Assembly: GCF_009914755.1 (NCBI RefSeq)
Contig: NC_060935.1
DNA: 64,000 nt
Origin: the human T2T-CHM13v2.0 reference genome, Homo sapiens
Reading direction: 5' to 3' (one strand)
A model generated the notes under the pieces. It ran no database searches. It saw only the letters and a program-made list of their open reading frames with translations, and was not told the origin of the DNA. Of the stretch, positions 14,001 to 27,499 are shown in pieces; the stretch's first letter is position 1, and the number at the start of each line of letters is the position of its first letter. A program made the position numbers and the translations under genes.

Positions 14001-17000
14001 TTGGACTTCTCTGAGGATTTCGTTGGAAACGGGATAAACTTCCCAGAACTACACGGAAGCATTGTGAGAAACTTCTTTGTGATGTTTGCATTCAACTCAT
14101 AGAGTTGAACCTTGCTTTCATAGTTCAGCTTTCAAACACTCTTTTTGTAGAATCTGCAAGTGGATATTTGGACCACTTTGTGGCCTTCCTTCGAAACGGG
14201 TATATCTTCACATCAAACCTAGACAGAAGCATTCTCAGAATGTTTCCTTTGATGACTGCATTCAACTCACAGAGGTGAATAATCCTGTTGATGGAGCACT
14301 TTTGAAACTCTCTTTCTTTGGATTCTGCAAGTTGATATGTGGACCTCTGTGAAGATTTCGTTGGAAACGGGTTCATCTTCACAGAAAAACTAAACAGAAG
14401 CATTCTCAGAAACTACTTTGTGATGTTTTTGTTCCACTTCAAGAATTGAACTTTCCTCTTGACAGAGCAGCTCTGAAACCCTCTTTTTCTAGAATCTGCA
14501 AGTGGACATTGGGAGGGCTTTGAGGCCTGTGGTGGAAAAGGAAAATCTTCACATAAAAACTAGATGGAAGCATTCTCAGAAACTACTTTGTGATGATTGC
14601 ATTCGACTCACAGAGTTGAACATTCCTATAGATAGAGCAGGTTGTAAACAATCTTTTTGTAGAATCTGCGATTGGAGATTTGGACTGCTTTGAGGCCTAC
14701 TGTAGTAAAGGAAATAACTTCATCTAAAAACCAAACGGAAGCATTCACAGACAATTCTTAGTGATCATTGCATTGAACTAACAGAGGTGAACATTCCTTT
14801 AGATGGCGCAGTTTCCAAACACACTTTCTGTAGAATCTGCAAGTGTATATTTGGACTTCTCTGAGGATTTCTTTGGAAACGGGATAAACTTCCCAGAACT
14901 ACACGGAAGCATTGTGAGAAAATTCTTTGTGATGTTTGCATTCAACTCACAGAGTTGAACCTTGCTTTCATAGTTCAGCTTTCAAACACTCTTTTTGTAG
15001 AATCTGCAAGTGGATATTTGGACCACTTTGTGGCCTTCCTTCGAAACGGGTATATCTTCACATCAAACATAGACAGAAGCATTCTCAGAATGTTTCCTGT
15101 GATGACTGCATTCAACTCACAGAGGTGAACAATCCTGCTGATGGAGCAGTTTTGAAACTCTCTTTCTTTGGATTCTGCAAGTGGATATGTGGACCTCTGT
15201 GAAGATTTCGTTGGAAACGGGTTCATCTTCACAGAAAAACTAAACAGGAGCATTCTCAGAAACTGCTTTGTGATGTTTGTGTTCCACTTAAAGAATTGAA
15301 CTTTCCTCTTGACAGAGCAGCTCTGAAACCCTCTTTTTCTAGAATCTGCAAGTGGACATTTGGAGGGCTTTGAGGCCTGTGGTGGAAAAGGAAAATCTTC
15401 ACATAAAAACTTTATGGAAGCATTCTCAGAAACTTCTTTGTGATGATTGCATTCGACTCACAGAGTTGAACATTCCTATAGATAGAGCAGGTTGTAAACA
15501 ATCTTTTTGTAGAGTCTGCGATTGGAGATTTGGACTGCTTTGAGGCCTACTGTAGTAAAGGAAATTACTTCATCTAAAAACCAAACGGAAGCATTCACAG
15601 ACAATTCTTAGTGATCATTGGATTGAACTAACAGAGCTGAACATTCCTTTAGATGGAGCAGTTTCCAAAAACACTTTCTGTAGAATCTGCAAGTGGATAT
15701 TTGGACTTCTCTGAGGATTTCGTTGGAAACGGGATAAACTTCCCAGAACTACACGGAAGCATTGTGAGAAACTTCTTTGTGATGTTTGCATTCAACTCAC
15801 AGAGTTGAACCTTGTTTTCATAGTTCAGCTTTCAAACACTCTTTTTGTAGAATCTCCAAGTGGATATTTGGACCAGTTTGTGGCCTTCCTTCGAAACGGG
15901 TATATCTTCACATCAAACCTAGACAGAAGCATTCTCAGAATGTTTCCTGTGATGACTGCATTCAACTCACAGAGGTGAACAATCCTGTTGATGGAGCACT
16001 TTTGAAACTCTCTTTCTTTGGATTCTGCAAGTTGATATGTGGACCTCTGTGAAGATTTCGTTGGAAACGGGTTCATCTTCACAGAAAAACTAAACAGAAG
16101 CATTCTCAGAAACTACTTTGTGATGTTTGTGTTCCACTTCAAGAATTGAACTTTCCTCTTGACAGAGCAGCTCTGAAACCCTCTTTTTCTAGAATCTGCA
16201 AGTGGACATTTGGAGGGCTTTGAGGCCTGTGGTGGAAAAGGAAAATCTTCACATAAAAACTAGATGGAAGCATTCTCAGAAACTACTTTGTGATGATTGC
16301 ATTCGACTCACAGAGTTGAACATTCCTATAGATAGAGCAGGTTGTAAACAATCTTTTTGTAGAATCTGCGATTGGAGATTTGGACTGCTTTGAGGCCTAC
16401 TGTAGTAAAGGAAGTAACTTCATCTAAAAACCAAACGGAAGCATTCACAGACAATTCTTAGTTATCATTGCATTGAACTAACAGAGCTGAACATTCCTTT
16501 AGATGGCGCAGTTTCCAAACACACTTTCTGTAGAATCTGCAAGTGGATATTTGGACCTCTCTGAGGATTTCGTTGGAAACGGGATAAACTTCCCAGAACT
16601 ACACGGAAGCATTCTGAGAAACTTCTTTGTGATATTTGCATTCAACTCACAGAGTTGAACCTTGCTTTCATAGTTCAGCTTTCAAACACTCTTTTTGTAG
16701 AATCTGCAAGTGGATATTTTGACCACTTAGTGGCCTTCCTTCGAAACGGGTATATCTTCACATCAAACCTAGACAGAAGCATTCTCAGAATGTTTCCTGT
16801 GATGACTGCATTCAACTCACAGAGGTGAACAATCCTGCTGATGGAGCAGTTTTGAAACTCTCTTTCTTTGGATTCTGCAATTGGATATGTGGACCTCTGT
16901 GAAGATTTCGTTGGAAACGGGTTCATCTTCACAGAAAAACTAAACAGAAGCATTCTCAGAAACTGCTTTGTGATGTTTGTGTTCCACTTCAGGAATTGAA

Positions 17001-19370
17001 CTTTCCTCTTGACAGAGGAGCTCTGAAACCCTCTTATTCTAGAATCTGCAAGTGGACATTTGGAGGGCTTTGAGGCCTGTGGTGGAAAAGGAAAATCTTC
17101 ACATAAAAACTAGATGGAAGCATTCTCAGAAACTACTTTGTGATGATTGCATTCGACTCACAGAGTTGAACATTCCTATAGATAGAGCAGGTTGTAAACA
17201 ATCTTTTTGTAGAATCTGCGATTGGAGATTTGGACTGCTTTGAGGCCTACTGTAGTAAAGGAAATAACTTCATCTAAAAACCAAACGGAAGCATTCACAG
17301 ACAATTCTTAGTGATCATTGCATTGAACTAACAGAGCTGAACATTCCTTTAGATGGAGCAGTTTCCAAACACATTTTCTGTAGAATCTGCAAGTGGATAT
17401 TTGGACTTCTCTGAGGATTTCGTTGGAAAGGGGATAAACTTCCCAGAACTACACGGAAGCATTGTGAGAAACTTCTTTGTGATGTTTGCATTCAACTCAC
17501 AGAGTTGAACCTTGCTTTCGTAGTTCAGCTTTCAAACACTCTTTTTGTAGAATCTGCAAGTGGATATTTTGACCACTTTGTGGCCTTCCTTCGAAACGGG
17601 TATATCTTCCCATCAAACCTAGACAGAAGCATTCTCAGAATCTTTCCTGTGATGACTGCATTCAACTCACAGAGGTGAACAATCCTGTTGATGGAGCACT
17701 TTTGAAACTCTCTTTCTTTGGATTCTGCAATTTGATTTGTGGACCTCTGTGAAGATTTCGTTGGAAACGGGTTCATCTTCACAGAAAAACTAAACAGAAG
17801 CATTCTCAGAAACTACTTTGTGATGTTTGTGTTCCACTTCAAGAATTGAACTTTCCTCTTGACAGAGCAGCTCTGAAACCCTCTTTTTCTAGAATCTGCA
17901 AGTGGACATTTGGAGGGTTTGAGGCCTGTGGTGGAAAAGGAAAATCTTCACATAAAAACTAGATGGAAGCATTCTCAGAAACTACTTTGTGATGATTGCA
18001 TTCGACTCACAGAGTTGAACATTCCTATAGATAGTGCAGGTTGTAAACAATCTTTTTGTAGAATCTGCGATTGGAGATGTGGACTGCTTTGAGGCCTACT
18101 GTAGTAAAGGAAATTACTTCATCTAAAAACCAAACGGAAGCATTCACAGACAATTCTTAGTGATCATTGGATTGAACTAACAGAGCTGAACATTCCTTTA
18201 GATGGAGCAGTTTCCAAACCCACTTTCTGTAGAATCTGCAAGTGGATATTTGGACTTCTCTGAGGATTTCGTTGGAAACAGGATAAACTTCCCAGAACTA
18301 CACGGAAGCATTCTGAGAAACTTCTTTGTGATGTTTTCATTCAACTCACAGAGTTGAACCTTGCTTTCATAGTTCAGCTTTCAAACACTCTTTTTGTAGA
18401 ATCTGCAAGTGGATATTTGGACCACTTTGTGGCCTTCCTTCGAAACGGGTATATCTTCCCATCAAACCTAGACAGAAGCATTCTCAGAATGTTTCCTGTG
18501 ATGACTGCATTCAACTCTCAGAGGTGAACAATCCTGTTGATGGAGCACTTTTGAAACTCTCTTTCTTTGGATTCTGCAAGTGGATATGTGGACCTCTGTG
18601 AAGATTTCGTTGGAAACGGGTTCATCTTCACAAAAAAACTAAACAGAAGCATTCTCAGAAACTACTTTGTGATGTTTGTGTTCCACTTCAAGAATTGAAC
18701 TTTCCTCTTGACAGAGCAGCTCTGAAACCCTCTTTTTCTAGAATCTGCAAGTGGACATTTGGAGGGCTTTGAGGCCTGTGGTGGAAAAGGAAAATCTTCA
18801 CATAAAAACTAGATGGAAGCATTCTCAGAAACTACTTTGTGATGATTGCATTCGACTCACAGAGTTGAACATTCCTATAGATAGAGCAGGTTGTCAACAA
18901 TCTTTTTGTAGAATCTGCGATTGGAGATTTGGACTGCTTTGAGGCCTACTGTAGTAAAGGAAATAACTTCATCTAAAAACCAAACGGAAGCATTCACAGA
19001 CAATTCTTAGTGATCATTGCATTGAACTAACAGAGGTGAACATTCCTTTAGATGGCGCAGTTTCCAAACACACTTTCTGTAGAATCTGCAAGTGGATATT
19101 TGGACTTCTCTGAGGATTTCGTTGGAAACGGGATAAACTTCCCAGAACTACACGGAAGCATTGTGAGAAACTTCTTTGTGATGTTTGCATTCAACTCACA
19201 GAGTTGAACCTTGCTTTCATAGTTCAGCTTTCAAACACTCTTTTTGTAGAATCTGCAAGTGGATATTTGGACCACTTTGTGGCCTTCCTTCGAAACGGGT
19301 ATATCTTCACATCAAACCTAGACAGAAGCATTCTCAGAATGTTTCCTGTGATGACTGCATTCAACTCACA
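2100..19370 (+). repeat. Tandem duplication of a 10-HOR block, period 8499 bp
   Basis: Private variants recur at +8499: the 1-bp deletion GAGGGTT (~9419/~17918), GTTGTCAAC (10396/18895), TCTTTGGAAA (6373/14872), and ORF variants 2603/11102, 6003/14502 and 8176/16675. Confidence 0.93.
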
Positions 19371-22300
19371 GAGGTGAATAATCCTGTTGATGGAGCACTT
19401 TTGAAACTCTCTTTCTTTGGATTCTGCAAGTTGATATGTGGACCTCTGTGAAGATTTCGTTGGAAACGGGTTCATCTTCACAGAAAAACTAAACAGAAGC
19501 ATTCTCAGAAACTACTTTGTGATGTTTGTGTTCCACTTCAAGAATTGAACTTTCCTCTTGACAGAGCAGCTCTGAAACCCTCTTTTTCTAGAATCTGCAA
19601 GTGGACATTTGGAGGGCTTTGAGGCCTGTGGTGGAAAAGGAAAATCTTCACATAAAAACTAGATGGAAGCATTCTCAGAAACTACTTTGTGATGATTGCA
19701 TTCGACTCACAGAGTTGAACATTCCTATAGATAGAGCAGGTTGTAAACAATCTTTTTGTAGAATCTGCGATTGGAGATTTGGACTGCTTTGAGGCCTACT
19801 GTAGTAAAGGAAATAACTTCATCTAAAAACCAAACGGAAGCATTCACAGACAATTCTTAGTGATCATTGCATTGAACTAACAGAGCTGAACATTCCTTTA
19901 GATGGCGCAGTTTCCAAACACACTTTCTGTAGAATCTGCAAGTGGATATTTGGACCTCTCTGAGGATTTCGTTGGAAACGGGATAAACTTCCCAGAACTA
20001 CACGGAAGCATTGTGAGAAACTTCTTTGTGATGTTTGCATTCAACTCACAGAGTTGAACCTTGCTTTCATAGTTCAGCTTTCAAACACTCTTTTTGTAGA
20101 ATCTGCAAGTGGATATTTGGACCACTTTGTGGCCTTCCTTCGAAACGGGTATATCTTCACATCAAACCTAGTCAGAAGCATTCTCAGAATGTTTCCTGTG
20201 ATGACTGCATTCAACTCACAGAGGTGAACAATCCTGCTGATGGAGCAGTTTTGAAACTCTCTTTCTTTGGATTCTGCAAGTGGATATGTGGACCTCTGTG
20301 AAGATTTCGTTGGAAACGGGTTCATCTTCACAGAAAAACTAAACAGGAGCATTCTCAGAAACTGCTTTGTGATGTTTGTGTTCCACTTCAAGAATTGAAC
20401 TTTCCTCTTGACAGAGCAGCTCTGAAACCCTCTTTTTCTAGAATCTGCAAGTGGACATTTGGAGGGCTTTGAGGCCTGTGGTGGAAAAGGAAAATCGTCA
20501 CATAAAAACTTTATGGAAGCATTCTCAGAAACTTCTTTGTGATGATTGCATTCGACTCACAGAGTTGAACATTCCTATAGATAGAGCAGGTTGTAAACAA
20601 TCTTTTTGTAGAATCTGCGATTGGAGATTTGGACTGCTTTGAGAGCTGCTGTAGTAAAGGAAATTACTTCATCTAAAAACCAAACGGAAGCATTCACAGA
20701 CAATTCTTAGTGATCATTGCATTGAACTAACAGAGCTGAACATTCCTTTAGATGGAGCAGTTTCCAAACCCACTTTCTGTAGAATCTGCAAGTGGATATT
20801 TGGACTTCTCTGAGGATTTCGTTGGAAACGGGATAAACTTCCCAGAACTACACGGAAGCATTGTGAGAAACTTCTTTGTGATGTTTGCATTCAACTCACA
20901 GAGTTGAACCTTGCTTTCATAGTTCAGCTTTCAAACACTCTTTTTGTAGAATCTGCAAGTGGATATTTGGACCACTTTGTGGCCTTCCTTCGAAACGGGT
21001 ATATCTTCACATCAAACCTAGACAGAAGCATTCTCAGAATGTTTCCTGTGATGACTGCATTCAACTCACAGAGGTGAATAATCCTGTTGATGGAGCACTT
21101 TTGAAACTCTCTTTCTTTGGATTCTGCAAGTTGATATGTGGACCTCTGTGAAGATTTCGTTGGAAACGGGTTCATCTTCACAGAAAAACTAAACAGAAGC
21201 ATTCTCAGAAACTACTTTGTGATGTTTGTGTTCCACTTCAAGAATTGAACTTTCCTCTTGACAGAGCAGCTCTGAAACCCTCTTTTTCTAGAATCTGCAA
21301 GTGGACATTTGGAGGGCTTTGAGGCCTGTGGTGGAAAAGGAAAATCTTCACATAAAAACTAGATGGAAGCATTCTCAGAAACTACTTTGTGATGATTGCA
21401 TTCGACTCACAGAGTTGAACATTCCTATAGATAGAGCAGGTTGTAAACAATCTTTTTGTAGAATCTGCGATTGGAGATTTGGACTGCTTTGAGGCCTACT
21501 GTAGTAAAGGAAGTAACTTCATCTAAAAACCAAACGGAAGCATTCACAGACAATTCTTAGTGATCATTGCATTGAACTAACAGAGCTGAACATTCCTTTA
21601 GATGGCGCAGTTTCCAAACACACTTTCTGTAGAATGTGCAAGTGGATATTTGGACCTCTCTGAGGATTTCGTTGGAAACGGGATAAACTTCCCAGAACTA
21701 CACGGAAGCATTCTGAGAAACTTCTTTGTGATATTTGCATTCAACTCACAGAGTTGAACCTTGCTTTCATAGTTCAGCTTTCAAACACTTTTTTTGCAGA
21801 ATCTGCAAGTGGATATTTTGACCACTTAGTGGCCTTCCTTCGAAACGGTTATATCTTCCCATCAAACCTAGACAGAAGCATTCTCAGAATGTTTCCTGTG
21901 ATGACTGCATTCAACTCTCAGAGGTGAACAATCCTGTTGATGGAGCACTTTTGAAACTCTCTTTCTTTGGATTCTGCAAGTAGATATGTGGACCTCAGTG
22001 AAGATTTCGTTGGAAACGGGTTCATCTTCACAGAAAAAATAAACAGAAGCATTCTCAGAAACTGCTTTGTGATGTTTGTGTTCCACTTCAAGAATTGAAC
22101 TTTCCTCTTGACAGAGCAGCTCTGAAACCCTCTTTTTCTAGAATCTGCAAGTGGATATTTGGAGGGCTTTGAGGCCTGTGGTGGAAAAGGAAAATCTTCA
22201 CATAAAAACTAGATGGAAGCATTCTCAGAAACTACTTTGTGATGATTGCATTCGACTCACAGAGTTGAACATTCCTATAGATAGAGCAGGTTGTAAACAA

Positions 22301-23835
22301 TCTTTTTGTAGAATCTGCGATTGGAGATTTGGACTGCTTTGAGGCCTACTGTAGTAAAGGAAATAACTTCATCTAAAAACCAAACGGAAGCATTCACAGA
22401 CAATTCTTAGTGATCATTGCATTGAACTAACAGAGGTGAACATTCCTTTAGATGGCGCAGTTTCCAAACACACTTTCTGTAGAATCTGCAAGTGGATATT
22501 TGGACCTCTCTGAGGATTTCGTTGGAAACGGGATAAACTTCCCAGAACTACACGGAAGCATGCTGAGAAACTTCTTTGTGATGTTTGCATTCAACTCACA
22601 GAGTTGAACCTTGCTTTCATAGTTCAGCTTTCAAACACTCTTTTTGTAGAATCTGCAAGTGGATATTTGGACCCTTTGTGGCCTTCCTTCGAAACGGGTA
22701 TATCTTCACATCAAACCTAGACAGAAGCATTCTCAGAATGTTTCCTGTGATGACTGCATTCAACTCACAGAGGTGAACAATCCTGCTGATGGAGCAGTTT
22801 TGAAACTCTCTTTCTTTGGATTCTGCAAGTGGATATGTGGACCTCTGTGAAGATTTCGTTGGAAACGGGTTCATCTTCACAGAAAAACTAAACAGAAGCA
22901 TTCTCAGAAACTGCTTTGTGATATTTGTGTTCCACTTCAGGAATTGAACTTTCCTCTTGACAGAGCAGCTCTGAAACCCTCTTATTCTAGAATCTGCAAG
23001 TGGACATTTGGAGGGCTTTGAGGCCTGTGGTGGGAAAGGAAAATCTTCACATAAAAACTAGATGGAAGCTTTCTCAGAAACTACTTTGTGATAATTGCAT
23101 TCGACTCTCAGAGTTGAACATTCCTATAGATAGAGCAGGTTGTAAACAATCTTTTTGTAGAATCTGCGATTGGAGATTTGGACTGCTTTGAGGCCTACTG
23201 TAGTAAAGGAAATAACTTCATCTAAAAACCAAACGGAAGCATTCACAGACAATTCTTAGTGATCATTGCATTGAACTAACAGAGCTGAACATTCCTTTAG
23301 ATGGAGCAGTTTCCAAACACACTTTCTGTAGAACCTGCAAGTGGATATTTGGACCTCTCTGAGGATTTCGTTGGAAACGGGATAAACTTCCCAGAACTAC
23401 ACGGAAGCATTGTGAGAAACTTCTTTGTGATGTTTGCATTCAACTCACAGAGTTGAACCTTGCTTTCATAGTTCAGCTTTCAAACACTCTTTTTGTAGAA
23501 TCTGCAAGTGGATATTTGGACCACTTTGTGGCCTTCCTTCGAAACGGGTATATCTTCACATCAAACCTAGACAGAAGCATTCTCAGAATGTTTCCTGTGA
23601 TGACTGCATTCAACTCACAGAGGTGAACAATCCTGCTGATGGAGCAGTTTTGAAACTCTCTTTCTTTGGATTCTGCAAGTGGATATGTGGACCTCTGTGA
23701 AGATTTCGTTGGAAACGGGTTCATCTTCACAGAAAAACTAAACAGAAACATTCTCAGAAACTGCTTTGTGATGTTTGTGTTCCACTTCAGGAATTGAACT
23801 TTCCTCTTGACAGAGCAGCTCTGAAACCCTCTTAT

Positions 23836-24177
23836 TCTAGAATCTGCAAGTGGATATTTGGACCACTTTGTGGCCTTCCTTCGAAACGGGTATATCTTCA
23901 CATCAAACCTAGACAGAAGCATTCTCAGAATGTTTCCTGTGATGACTGCATTCAACTCACAGAGGTGAACAATCCTGCTGATGGAGCAGTTTTGAAACTC
24001 TCTTTCTTTGGATTCTGCAAGTGGATATGTGGACCTCTGTGAAGATTTCGTTGGAAACCTGTTCATCTTCACAGAAAAACTAAACAGGAGCATTCTCAGA
24101 AACTGCTTTGTGATGTTTGTGTTCCACTTCAAGAATTGAACTTTCCTCTTGACAGAGCAGCTCTGAAACCCTATTTT
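23836..24177 (+). repeat. Structural variant HOR: 342-bp 2-monomer unit (5+2 = 7-mer), copy 1
   Basis: XbaI sites at 23836 and 24178 are 342 bp apart. The sequence jumps from CTTATTCTAGAATCTGCAAGTGGA straight into TATTTGGACCACTTTGTGGCC. ORF spacing 23000 to 24192 is 1192. Confidence 0.95.
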
Positions 24178-26726
24178 TCTAGAATCTGCAAGTGGACATT
24201 TGGAGGGCTTTGAGGCCTGTGGTGGAAAAGGAAAATCTTCACATAAAAACTAGATGGAAGCATTCTCAGAAACTACTTTGTGATGATTGCATTCGACTCA
24301 CAGAGTTGAACATTCCTATAGATAGAGCAGGTTGTAAACAATCTTTTTGTAGAATCTGCGATTGGAGATTTGGACTGCTTTGAGGCCTACTGTAGGAAAG
24401 GAAATAACTTCATCTAAAAACCAAACGGAAGCATTCACAGACAATTCTTAGTGATCATTGCATTGAACTAACAGAGCTGAACATTCCTTTAGATGGAGCA
24501 GTTTCCAAACACATTTTCTGTAGAATCTGCAAGTGGATATTTGGACTTCTCTGAGGATTTCGTTGGAAACGGGATAAACTTCCCAGAACTACACGGAAGC
24601 ATTGTGAGAAACTTCTTTGTGATGTTTGCATTCAACTCACAGAGTTGAACCTTGCTTTCATAGTTCAGCTTTCAAACACTCTTTTTGTAGAATCTGCAAG
24701 TGGATATTTGGACCACTTTTTGGCCTTCCTTCGAAACGGGTATATCTTCCCATCAAACCTAGACAGAAGCATTCTCAGAATGTTTCCTGTGATGACTGCA
24801 TTCAACTCTCAGAGGTGAACAATCCTGTTGATGGAGCACTTTTGAAACTCTCTTTCTTTGGATTCTGCAAGTAGATATGTGGACCTCTGTGAAGATTTCG
24901 TTGGAAACGGGTTCATCTTCACAGAAAAACTAAACAGAAGCATTCTCAGAAACTGCTTTGTGATGTTTGTGTTCCACTTCAAGAATTGAACTTTCCTCTT
25001 GACAGAGCAGCTCTGAAACCCTCTTTTTCTAGAATCTGCAAGTGGATATTTGGTGGGCTTTGAGGCCTGTGGTGGAAAAGGAAAATCTTCACATAAAAAC
25101 TAGATGGAAGCATTCTCAGAAACTACTTTGTGATGATTGCATTCGACTCACAGAGTTGAACATTCCTATAGATAGAGCAGGTTGTAAACAATCTTTTTGT
25201 AGAATCTGCGATTGGAGATTTGGACTGCTTTGAGGCCTACTGTAGTAAAGGAAATAACTTCATCTAAAAACCAAACGGAAGCATTCACAGACAATTCTTA
25301 GTGATCATTGCATTGAACTAACAGAGGTGAACATTCCTTTAGATGGCGCAGTTTCCAAACACACTTTCTGTAGAATCTGCAAGTGGATATTTGGACCTCT
25401 CTGAGGATTTCGTTGGAAACGGGATAAACTTCCCAGAACTACACGGAAGCATGCTGAGAAACTTCTTTGTGATGTTTGCATTCAACTCACAGAGTTGAAA
25501 CTTGCTTTCATAGTTCAGCTTTCAAACACTCTTTTTGTAGAATCTGCAAGTGGATATTTGCACCCTTTGTGGCCTTCCTTCGAAACGGGTATATCTTCAC
25601 ATCAAACCCAGACAGAAGCATTCTCAGAATGTTTCCTGTGATGACTGCATTCAACTCACAGAGGTGAACAATCCTGCTGATGGAGCAGTTTTGAAACTCT
25701 CTTTCTTTGGATTCTGCAAGTGGAAATGTGGACCTCTGTGAAGATTTCGTTGGAAACGGGTTCATCTTCACAGAAAAACTAAACAGAAGCATTCTCAGAA
25801 ACTGCTTTGTGATATTTGTTTTCCACTTCAGGAATTGAACTTTCCTCTTGACAGAGCAGCTCTGAAACCCTCTTATTCTAGAATCTGCAAGTGGACATTT
25901 GGAGGGCTTTGAGGCCTGTGGTGGGAAAGGAAAATCTTCACATAAAAACTAGATGGAAGCATTCTCAGAAACTACTTTGTGATAATTGCATTCGACTCTC
26001 AGAGTTGAACATTCCTATAGATAGAGCAGGTTGTAAACAATCTTTTTGTAGAATCTGCGATTGGAGATTTGGGCTGCTTTGAGGCCTACTGTAGTAAAGG
26101 AAATAACTTCATCTAAAAACCAAACGGAAGCATTCACAGACAATTCTTAGTGATCATTGCATTGAACTAACAGAGCTGAACATTCCTTTAGATGGAGCAG
26201 TTTCCAAACACACTTTCTGTAGAACCTGCAAGTGGATATTTGGACCTCTCTGAGGATTTCGTTGGAAATGGGATAAACTTCCCAGAACTACACGGAAGCA
26301 TTGTGAGAAACTTCTTTGTGATGTTTGCATTCAACTCACAGAGTTGAACCTTGCTTTCATAGTTCAGCTTTCAAACACTCTTTTTGTAGAATCTGCAAGT
26401 GGATATTTGGACCACTTTGTGGCCTTCCTTCGAAACGGGTATATCTTCACATCAAACCTAGACAGAAGCATTCTCAGAATGTTTCCTGTGATGACTGCAT
26501 TCAACTCACAGAGGTGAACAATCCTGCTGATGGAGCAGTTTTGAAACTCTCTTTCTTTGGATTCTGCAAGTGGATATGTGGACCTCTGTGAAGATTTCGT
26601 TGGAAACGGGTTCATCTTCACAGAAAAACTAAACAGAAACATTCTCAGAAACTGCTTTGTGATGTTTGTGTTCCACTTCAGGAATTGAACTTTCCTCTTG
26701 ACAGAGCAGCTCTGAAACCCTCTTAT

Positions 26727-27068
26727 TCTAGAATCTGCAAGTGGATATTTGGACCACTTTGTGGCCTTCCTTCGAAACGGGTATATCTTCACATCAAACC
26801 TAGACAGAAGCATTCTCAGAATGTTTCCTGTGATGACTGCATTCAACTCACAGAGGTGAACAATCCTGCTGATGGAGCAGTTTTGAAACTCTCTTTCTTT
26901 GGATTCTGCAAGTGGATATGTGGACCTCTGTGAAGATTTCGTTGGAAACCTGTTCATCTTCACAGAAAAACTAAACAGGAGCATTCTCAGAAACTGCTTT
27001 GTGATGTTTGTGTTCCACTTCAAGAATTGAACTTTCCTCTTGACAGAGCAGCTCTGAAACCCTATTTT
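26727..27068 (+). repeat. Structural variant HOR: 342-bp 2-monomer unit, copy 2
   Basis: Same junction at 26729-26745. ORF spacing 25891 to 27083 is 1192. Confidence 0.95.
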
Positions 27069-27499
27069 TCTAGAATCTGCAAGTGGACATTTGGAGGGCT
27101 TTGAGGCCTGTGGTGGAAAAGGAAAATCTTCACATAAAAACTAGATGGAAGCATTCTCAGAAACTACTTTGTGATGATTGCATTCGACTCACAGAGTTGA
27201 ACATTCCTATAGATAGAGCAGGTTGTAAACAATCTTTTTGTAGAATCTGCGATTGGAGATTTGGACTGCTTTGAGGCCTACTGTAGTAAAGGAAATAACT
27301 TCATCTAAACACCAAACGGAAGCATTCACAGACAATTCTTAGTGATCATTGCATTGAACTAACAGAGCTGAACATTCCTTTAGATGGAGCAGTTTCCAAA
27401 CCCACTTTCTGTAGAATCTGCAAGTGGATATTTGGACTTCTCTGAGGATTTCGTTGGAAACGGGATAAACTTCCCAGAACTACAGGGAAGCATTGTGAG

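Larger units (their letters stand above)
21850..27280 (+). repeat. Duplication of a 17-monomer block, period 2891 bp, containing the variant HOR
   Basis: Shared 1-bp deletion (~22673/~25564), GGGAAAGG, GAAACCTG (24046/26937) and junctions at 23838/26729. The period is 2891 = 3x850 + 342 - 1. Confidence 0.9.

Noticed and set aside
23473-27023. Two 219-aa minus-strand ORFs (23473-24132, 26364-27023)
   Set aside because: The 342-bp variant unit is a multiple of 3, so it fuses two copies of the same spurious frame. It marks the structural variant and is not a gene.
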